IMG/VR virus record: IMGVR_UViG_3300021961_000368
Coordinates: 1-32,115 of that record
Direction: 5' to 3' (one strand)
Origin: a virus
Taxonomy: Duplodnaviria > Caudoviricetes
DNA: 32,115 nt
The notes below the pieces were generated by a model. The model did not search any database, had not been told where the DNA came from, and saw nothing but the letters and a program-made list of their open reading frames with translations. The position numbers and the translations under genes are program-made. This document shows positions 26,872 through 32,115 of the stretch, piece after piece. Position 1 is the stretch's first letter. Each line of letters begins with the position of its first letter.

Positions 26872-27161
26872 GTGTTCTTCTCCTTGTTGTCGTTGATGAT
26901 CAGTCGATATCGATACAGACCGTTTTTTATGTATTCTCTTTCAACTGTGTGCGCACCAAAACGATCTTTTCGCAAGTGCCGTAACTGTGCGCTTATGCTG
27001 GCTTCTGGATCTCCAGTCACCCGAGCAATCTGCGGCAACGTGTGCCACAAACCATCACTCATGACAGACCATACACGCAGTAATTGACCACCTAACCGCT
27101 CGTCATCTCTTTCCGGGTTGTAATCTGCACCATCGAATCGCGGTGTTTCAAATGTTGTCAT
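26868..27161 (-). CDS. Winged-helix protein
   Basis: MSDGLWHTLPQIARVTGDPEASISAQLRHLRK...GLYRYRL. Ends in KEKNT. Confidence 0.75.
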   Translation of the reverse strand: MTTFETPRFDGADYNPERDDERLGGQLLRVWSVMSDGLWHTLPQIARVTGDPEASISAQLRHLRKDRFGAHTVEREYIKNGLYRYRLIINDNKEKNT

Positions 27162-27382
27162 GTGTTCTTCTCCTTGATCTTTGCAAGAACTGCGCGTCCT
27201 TTGTCTGTCAGCCGTTCAATCGCAACGGGGCCAGACGGGGAATCTCTGAACGCACTCTTGCCAAGATACCCGCGCCGAATCAGCGACCAGTAAGTGTTCC
27301 AGCTTCCCGGTCGGTCATTGAACAGCCGAAACCCCCAGCCTTTCTCGAACATTTTGAGCATAAAGATTTGTTGCGGACTCAT
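27158..27382 (-). CDS. Hypothetical protein (possible winged-helix)
   Basis: 74 aa, bounded by junction repeats on both sides. SLIRRGYL...LTDKGR pattern. Ends in KEKNT. Confidence 0.7.
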   Translation of the reverse strand: MSPQQIFMLKMFEKGWGFRLFNDRPGSWNTYWSLIRRGYLGKSAFRDSPSGPVAIERLTDKGRAVLAKIKEKNT

Positions 27383-27642
27383 GTGTTCTTCTCCTTGAGT
27401 TTGGCTTCGATGGCACTTGCAAATTCTTTGTAGTCATTCCAATCAAATTCGTTGTGGCAATACGGAACAAGAAGATCAAACTCGTCTTTCGTCAGCCCAA
27501 CCCATTCACGCTGTTGGCAGCAATGCCCACACCTCGGGCATTCAAACTCCTGCCCTTTTTCTGCCCACGCTGATTGTTGGGCCTTGTTCCACGCCTCTTC
27601 AACCCAGTTCATCCACTCGGTTTTTGTCATGGGTTTAGCCAC
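27379..27642 (-). CDS. Hypothetical protein with CPRCGHCC motif and a WVGLT...IEAKLKEKNT module
   Basis: AAGGAG RBS before GTG 27642 (alternative ATG 27630). The longer ORF in the track overlaps the upstream gene. Confidence 0.7.
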   Translation of the reverse strand: MAKPMTKTEWMNWVEEAWNKAQQSAWAEKGQEFECPRCGHCCQQREWVGLTKDEFDLLVPYCHNEFDWNDYKEFASAIEAKLKEKNT

Positions 27643-28306
27643 CGTTCTTCTCCTTGACCTGATAGTCCTTGAACACCGTTCCTTTGCTTGCATCACCCTT
27701 CCAGCATTCTTTGACCCAACCGCGCTTGCCAGACTTGTAGGTTCGCCAATGTCCACGTGACTGGTGTCTGCGTGGGCTTGCGTGTGTGCCTCCTTGATGC
27801 TCTTGCTTTGGTTTTGGAGGCTCAATGACAACTGTGTGCCAGTCAAATGAGAGGGCAGACTTACCTTTGGCGGCGCGTTTACGATTGATAAATGTTTGTT
27901 TTGGAGTTGCTTGGTATGCCGTTCCACCTTCCGACAACTTGTTCAAAACCGCACAAACCATCCTTAGCACCGGATCAATTTGTTGGCGCGTAACTTCTTT
28001 GTCGTTGTTGTAGTACCGCAATCCATCTTCGGTTTTAATGTACGCAAACGGTGCAAAGAAAGAAGTGGGTTCCATCGTGCATCCAGCAGTGGTTACGCTG
28101 TCTTGACCAGCGGTCATCCAAAGGCTGAATTTGCGTCCGTGTGAATCCAATCCGGCTATTCCGGTTCTCTTGAATGGAAGGTGCAAAAGAACATCAATTG
28201 GTGTGCGCGTTGATTCAGCCAGCGGTTCCATGACTCCAACATCAAACCACATTGCCGTTTCAGGCTCTGGGGCCAATCGCACAGCCTCTTGGATCAAGGG
28301 GGTCAT
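27635..28306 (-). CDS. Conserved phage protein with an H.SPR.H..RGHWR motif
   Basis: Starts at the junction ATG 28306. C-terminal GGTHASPRRHQSRGHWR...G.V.KDY motif. Ends in KEKNGG. Confidence 0.75.
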   Translation of the reverse strand: MTPLIQEAVRLAPEPETAMWFDVGVMEPLAESTRTPIDVLLHLPFKRTGIAGLDSHGRKFSLWMTAGQDSVTTAGCTMEPTSFFAPFAYIKTEDGLRYYNNDKEVTRQQIDPVLRMVCAVLNKLSEGGTAYQATPKQTFINRKRAAKGKSALSFDWHTVVIEPPKPKQEHQGGTHASPRRHQSRGHWRTYKSGKRGWVKECWKGDASKGTVFKDYQVKEKNGG

Positions 28307-28611
28307 GTGTTCTTCTCCTTGAGCTTGGCTTCGATCTTGTCGAACAGTTGTCGGGTGTAGCCCTTGATCGGAGTATCCCCCCAAGGCCCAATGATCTCTT
28401 TGATCTCGTCGTCGGTCAGCCCAACCCACTTTCCATCTGTCTGTTGTTGAATGGCTTGGTTCAGAACTTTGATTGGTTCAATGCAATCTTTTCTGACAAA
28501 ACCCGCCAAATCCATTGCGTCTTCATGAAATTTTTCTTCGATGAAATAACCGCACCCCGCGTAAATTTCTTCCAGTGCTTTTAACGCTTTCTCCATTGCA
28601 TAAATGCTCAT
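28303..28611 (-). CDS. Hypothetical protein with a WVGLT...IEAKLKEKNT module
   Basis: GAGGAG RBS and ATGA overlap at 28608-28611. MSIYAMEKALKALE...WVGLTDDEI...IEAKLKEKNT. Confidence 0.75.
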   Translation of the reverse strand: MSIYAMEKALKALEEIYAGCGYFIEEKFHEDAMDLAGFVRKDCIEPIKVLNQAIQQQTDGKWVGLTDDEIKEIIGPWGDTPIKGYTRQLFDKIEAKLKEKNT

Positions 28612-28781
28612 GTTCTGCTCCTCATATGTTCCTTGGCTCGTGCTAGGCAGTCGTCGCAGATCCATCTGAACTTGCGCTGGGTGCCCTTGGTTGCATCGCG
28701 CGTCTGATAGCATCCGGAACAGAACCGCTTGCCGGTCGCCTTGATCTCGCCATCTCGGGCTTCAGTTCTTGTGTCTGTCAT
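28608..28781 (-). CDS. Small zinc-ribbon protein (CxxC...CxxC)
   Basis: FCSGC...WICDDC. ATGA overlaps at both ends. Confidence 0.7.
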   Translation of the reverse strand: MTDTRTEARDGEIKATGKRFCSGCYQTRDATKGTQRKFRWICDDCLARAKEHMRSRT

Positions 28782-29197
28782 AGCTGGTAGTTGTGCTGGC
28801 GCATACCGAGGATCTGCAACCAATGATTCTGAGTTTTACCCCGGCTCTTCGTCGTCTTGCCGTTGATGACCACGCGCATCTTCTTGGCGTAGCGCAGCTT
28901 TGCGGCTCGGATTGTCTTGATACCAAACGCGGGACGCGGCGCGTCGAACAACCCGTCGAACCCACGCAGGTACAGGGGTGCTTCCCTACCACCATTGCCA
29001 CGTTGCAGTGAGTAGTTGACGATCACAAAGCCGCCCGTACCGGAGCCGTACTTCTTTCTCGCATGGATGACCGCGCTGCTGACCGAGTGCTGCTTCAGGC
29101 CAAGCTCGTCGGTAATCTGTGCAATGGTCCGGGGTTCACCGTCAGCAAGCAGCGCGTTGACCGCATCACGCACTACGGACTTATAGACCCTTGGCAT
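28778..29197 (-). CDS. Winged-helix DNA-binding protein
   Basis: LLADGEPRTIAQITDELGLKQHSVSSAVIHAR, with a basic C-terminus. Confidence 0.65.
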   Translation of the reverse strand: MPRVYKSVVRDAVNALLADGEPRTIAQITDELGLKQHSVSSAVIHARKKYGSGTGGFVIVNYSLQRGNGGREAPLYLRGFDGLFDAPRPAFGIKTIRAAKLRYAKKMRVVINGKTTKSRGKTQNHWLQILGMRQHNYQL

Positions 29198-29423
29198 CAC
29201 CGTACTCAACTTCTAATATTTTTTGGCAGTAGTGGATCGCCTTGCGAATGTCCTCAGCACCGTTCTTGTCTCGATACCGCGACAGGTACTTGATGGCGTT
29301 CCCGGCTAGATACGGGATCTCGTTCCCGGCAATGTAGTCCCAAGGCTGGATTGCCCTGCCTTTGTAGTGCGCACCACCAACCTGTAGATCGTTGGCCGTC
29401 GTTTGTTTTTTGGTTGTTGTCAT
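29181..29423 (-). CDS. DUF3310 (SaV/T7 gp1.7-like) protein
   Basis: QVGGAHY....IQPWDYI......GNAIKY..R...KNG.ED..KA.HY signature. ATG 29423. Confidence 0.88.
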   Translation of the reverse strand: MTTTKKQTTANDLQVGGAHYKGRAIQPWDYIAGNEIPYLAGNAIKYLSRYRDKNGAEDIRKAIHYCQKILEVEYGDAKGL

Positions 29424-29527
29424 TGTACGACCCCAAAAAGGATCAGAAGCAGCAGGGAGAGGGCGGCGATAGCCATGCCTACACCGACCAACATGTCTTG
29501 TTTTTGTCTGAACGTCGTGTATCTCAC
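29420..29527 (-). CDS. 35-aa single-pass membrane peptide (not in the ORF track)
   Basis: MRYTTFRQKQDMLVGVGMAIAALSLLLLILFGVVQ*. GTGA and ATGA overlaps with both neighbours; GGAG RBS. Confidence 0.65.
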   Translation of the reverse strand: MRYTTFRQKQDMLVGVGMAIAALSLLLLILFGVVQ

Positions 29528-29859
29528 TTTGCACTCCGTAAAAAATTAAAACTAGCGGAATCTGGTAACTCATTAACACGTGTTAATAAATCAGCAAAAG
29601 ATTCCAAGCCAGTCTCATCGACTAGGATGGCGACCCCGCCCGCAGATGATAGTTCCCGCAAGTTCTTTAGCTGAAGATCCGTAGGCTGATTGCCGTTGGC
29701 TTTGCACTCGATGCCGAGGAACCGTCCACGTAGGCAAGCCACAATATCGGGAACCCCGGAAGCACCGTAGCCGTGCGTGGCTGGCATGAAGTGGTAAGCC
29801 CCATGCGCAGCCAGCAGCTTCTTCACTTTGTCCTTTACCTTTTTCTCAGGCGTGGACAT
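29524..29859 (-). CDS. VRR-NUC domain nuclease (putative Holliday junction resolvase)
   Basis: TPE.KV, G..GVPD...C..G.F.GIECKA....PT.LQ. Confidence 0.9.
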   Translation of the reverse strand: MSTPEKKVKDKVKKLLAAHGAYHFMPATHGYGASGVPDIVACLRGRFLGIECKANGNQPTDLQLKNLRELSSAGGVAILVDETGLESFADLLTRVNELPDSASFNFLRSAK

Positions 29860-29866
29860 TTCTTGC

Positions 29867-30244
29867 TCACTCTACAGCAGTCGAGATGAGCTTGGCTTCA
29901 AGATACCTGACGACCGCCATCGCGTCGTAGTATTTAATTGACGTGTTGTGCAACTCACGCTCCAGTCTGGCGATCTCTTTTTTAGCCGTGTCCAACTCTC
30001 GGCGTGACATGGCTGGGGGCGCAACTGTAGCGGGTTTGGGTGCGGGCGGCGCGGCGTCCTCTGGCAGCAGGATGTACCCCGTACCTATCTTGTCTACGGT
30101 ACCAGCACTAAACAGCTTCGATATCGCCGTGTACACCTGAGCCGATGGCCGTTTGATTTTGGCTATGATTTCTTTCGGAGTCATAGGCGCTTTGGATGCG
30201 GCGAGGGTTGCGATAACTTGCTTACGAACTGAGATCTTTTTCAT
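29867..30244 (-). CDS. Winged-helix plus coiled-coil protein
   Basis: PMTPKEII.......AQVYTAISKL...G.V......Y, then a Pro linker and a coiled coil. ATGA overlap at 30241-30244. Confidence 0.65.
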   Translation of the reverse strand: MKKISVRKQVIATLAASKAPMTPKEIIAKIKRPSAQVYTAISKLFSAGTVDKIGTGYILLPEDAAPPAPKPATVAPPAMSRRELDTAKKEIARLERELHNTSIKYYDAMAVVRYLEAKLISTAVE

Positions 30245-30504
30245 TTGCACTCTTCCTTGATTTGTTGATACTCGTCATACGATATGTAGATCACGATTAC
30301 ATCTTCTTCTAGCTTGCGTCCTATACGTTCTCCTCTCCTAGATTTATTAACATTTGTTAATCTGAGCAGCGCAAACCGCTCTGACACGAACTTCGGCGCT
30401 ACCGCCAAGTTTGGGATGTCTATGAACTCGATGTCTCGATTGTCTATGGCCCGAATGGAATGCACTTGGTTGCTGTCGAATGTAACGCGGACTATGTAGC
30501 GCAT
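30241..30504 (-). CDS. Hypothetical protein
   Basis: 87 aa, downstream of a promoter. Resembles the C-terminal part of the 30574-31359 product (AP..V.E..A.LRL.....G). Confidence 0.65.
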   Translation of the reverse strand: MRYIVRVTFDSNQVHSIRAIDNRDIEFIDIPNLAVAPKFVSERFALLRLTNVNKSRRGERIGRKLEEDVIVIYISYDEYQQIKEECK

Positions 30505-30529
30505 CTATAAGAACCTTTGTTGTGTATGT

Positions 30530-30558
30530 AATATATAGCTCCAGTTGAACTATGTCAA
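30530..30558 (-). promoter_or_regulatory. sigma70 promoter TTGACA-N17-TATATT
   Basis: -35 at 30553-30558 and -10 at 30530-30535, in an AT-rich intergenic gap. Confidence 0.8.
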
Positions 30559-30573
30559 GCACCACAACGGTTC

Positions 30574-31359
30574 TTATTCTGCGAGTACCTCAACCCAGAA
30601 AGTGTTAGGGCGTGTGCGCATGCCAACCTCGGGGACTAGCTTCCCCTCATCGACTAGGCGCAGCATGGCTACCGCTTCTTGTACACAGGCCGGAGCGGCT
30701 AGTAGCGATGGGAGTACCGTAAGCCCTCTGTTGATCCCCCCATACCCTAACTTGTCATAGGAAAACATATCGACCGTATCATCCGCGTTTATCGTTATGC
30801 TCACCTTCATAATCTGACGCGATTTCATGCGGTCCCACTCCTTGGCGGCAGCGATACCCTTGTCGTACATCCTAATAAATGATGGCGTGCGTGGTACGTA
30901 ACCGGAAGCCACCATGCGTTCGACCTCGACTATAAGGTCAGATTGTGTAGTCGCAAACGCCTCGATGAACGCCGTACGCAGAGAATACTTCCACGCATCA
31001 ACCTCATTGTCGTACGTGTGGAATGTCCTGTTGGCAACCTCTTCTGGTGTGAACGATATGGCGAAGTCGCGCAGATACCTAAGCACCTTTTTCAGATCCC
31101 CGGTTCGCTTTTGATGCCTACGCGCCCCATTGAACCGTGATTGGTTGATTAGCCTAGACTGAACTACCCACGCATCCTTATCCCGGTACAAAGAGGCAAG
31201 CAAAGTACCCGACGGAAATCTAGTGTCGTGGAACCGGACAGATGATGGGTTCAACACCTCTATCCGGACGGGGAACCTGCTCACATGGGTTCGTCGTAAG
31301 TCCTTTAGCAGCGAAGTTACAACGGGGCTAAGCTGATCGGTATTTTCGATTAGCAACAT
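30574..31359 (-). CDS. Hypothetical protein
   Basis: 261-aa ORF with an AAGGAGAGTGCC-ATG RBS. Confidence 0.75.
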   Translation of the reverse strand: MLLIENTDQLSPVVTSLLKDLRRTHVSRFPVRIEVLNPSSVRFHDTRFPSGTLLASLYRDKDAWVVQSRLINQSRFNGARRHQKRTGDLKKVLRYLRDFAISFTPEEVANRTFHTYDNEVDAWKYSLRTAFIEAFATTQSDLIVEVERMVASGYVPRTPSFIRMYDKGIAAAKEWDRMKSRQIMKVSITINADDTVDMFSYDKLGYGGINRGLTVLPSLLAAPACVQEAVAMLRLVDEGKLVPEVGMRTRPNTFWVEVLAE

Positions 31360-31369
31360 GGCACTCTCC

Positions 31370-32113
31370 TTAAAACATAGAAAGAATCTGATCGACCTTG
31401 GACTTCACATCTAAACGTGTTGTATCGCTCTCTCTGAGATCCTTAGCTGATACTCCAACGATTGCTGTCTCAAGCTGTTTACGGGCAGTCTCCAGTTTGG
31501 TATCGCCCGTCACGTTCAGCTTAGTCAGCAGCCCGCACAATTCCACCGCATTAGTGACCAGCGTGTCGCGGAAGATCTGAGTCTTGATGACCTCTCCGTC
31601 TTTGCTGGTGCGCGGTGATTCCGAGTCGGCCAGCTTCTCACTCATCCGAGTCAGACATTCATGGAGCCTGCTCCACGCATCTTGCATAGCTTCTGACAAC
31701 TTGTTCTGATAAAACGATTCGTACTGGGATTTCAACTCCCCGAGATGCTCCTCGTTCACGTCAATCCTGAAGTCCCCGATCTCCGGCACGGGCAGGAACA
31801 CATACCGGAACTTGAACTTATCCTCCAGCTTGTGCGCGTCGGGATACTCGTCTGCATCGAACAGATCGCCTAGCTGGAACGCAGCCGCACTCACCAGCGT
31901 CGGGTACTCGGTCAAGAACTCATCGACCGCTTCCTTGAACTGAATCTCGTAGTCGGCCAGCATTGCCTTGTAGTCAAAGAAGTTCTTCATGGGCAGCAGC
32001 CGCGAACCCGCATCCGACCACGGCAGTGTCTGCTCGTAGTGCCACACGCGAATCGCACCGACAAGTTTCTGCAACTCGGCCAGCTTGCCAGTGTTGCCGA
32101 GCAGCGCCTTGTG
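31370..32113 (-). CDS. Conserved phage protein, possibly DUF3150-like (5' end outside the window)
   Basis: Frame is open to the window edge (HKALLGNTGKLAELQK...). HY..TLPW.D.G.RLLP and LG.LF...EYP motifs, IFRD.LV. Family name is tentative. Confidence 0.6.
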   Translation of the reverse strand, partial: HKALLGNTGKLAELQKLVGAIRVWHYEQTLPWSDAGSRLLPMKNFFDYKAMLADYEIQFKEAVDEFLTEYPTLVSAAAFQLGDLFDADEYPDAHKLEDKFKFRYVFLPVPEIGDFRIDVNEEHLGELKSQYESFYQNKLSEAMQDAWSRLHECLTRMSEKLADSESPRTSKDGEVIKTQIFRDTLVTNAVELCGLLTKLNVTGDTKLETARKQLETAIVGVSAKDLRESDTTRLDVKSKVDQILSMF

Positions 32114-32115
32114 AT

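Larger units (their letters stand above)
26868..28321 (-). repeat. Dispersed identical 19-bp gene-junction repeat CAAGGAGAAGAACACATGA (4 exact copies plus degenerate ones)
   Basis: Exact copies at 26868-26886, 27158-27176, 27379-27397 and 28303-28321. Partial copy at 27644-27657; degenerate copy at about 28608-28623. Confidence 0.95.

Noticed and set aside
27643-27927. N-terminal extensions of track ORFs (27927, 28429, 28713, 29579, 25113, 20170)
   Set aside because: They overlap real upstream genes. Internal starts with an RBS or ATGA coupling are better supported.
26868-28321. 19-bp repeats as a CRISPR array
   Set aside because: The repeats are short and irregularly spaced (221-924 bp), the intervals are intact genes, and there is no cas operon.
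1-32115. Stop-codon recoding, tRNAs, integrase, reverse transcriptase/DGR
   Set aside because: Genes tile cleanly in the standard code using all three stop codons, and I recognised none of these elements by eye. tRNAscan and HMM searches were not run.

Overview
A 32 kb piece of a tailed dsDNA phage genome, probably podovirus-like. It has two convergent arms that meet at an intrinsic terminator at about 15,620-15,646. The + arm (1-15,620) is late/virion: the end of a GH24 lysozyme, a tail hub, a tail/receptor-binding protein, several internal virion (ejection) proteins, and a 2,152-aa polyvalent protein carrying ADP-ribosyltransferase-like and HExxH zincin-like domains. The - arm (15,692-32,115) is early/replication: primase-helicase (DUF927-type), Cro-like HTH, SSB-like protein, Acb2-family anti-CBASS protein, SNF2-type helicase, HNH-like protein, Cas4-like exonuclease, family A DNA polymerase, VRR-NUC and many small HTH/accessory genes. 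The most striking unannotated feature is a predicted ~58-nt small RNA between the arms, with its own sigma70-type promoter and terminator. Its 5' end (GCACUCUCCUUC) is complementary to an extended Shine-Dalgarno motif (AAGGAGAGUGC) found at the start of several early genes, including acb2. Other notable features are a cassette-like array of small genes joined by an identical 19-bp junction, an overprinted gene inside the giant virion protein, an Acb2 with Tyr11 changed to Cys, and an HTH-sigma4 fusion. All family assignments come from motif recognition by eye; no searches were run.
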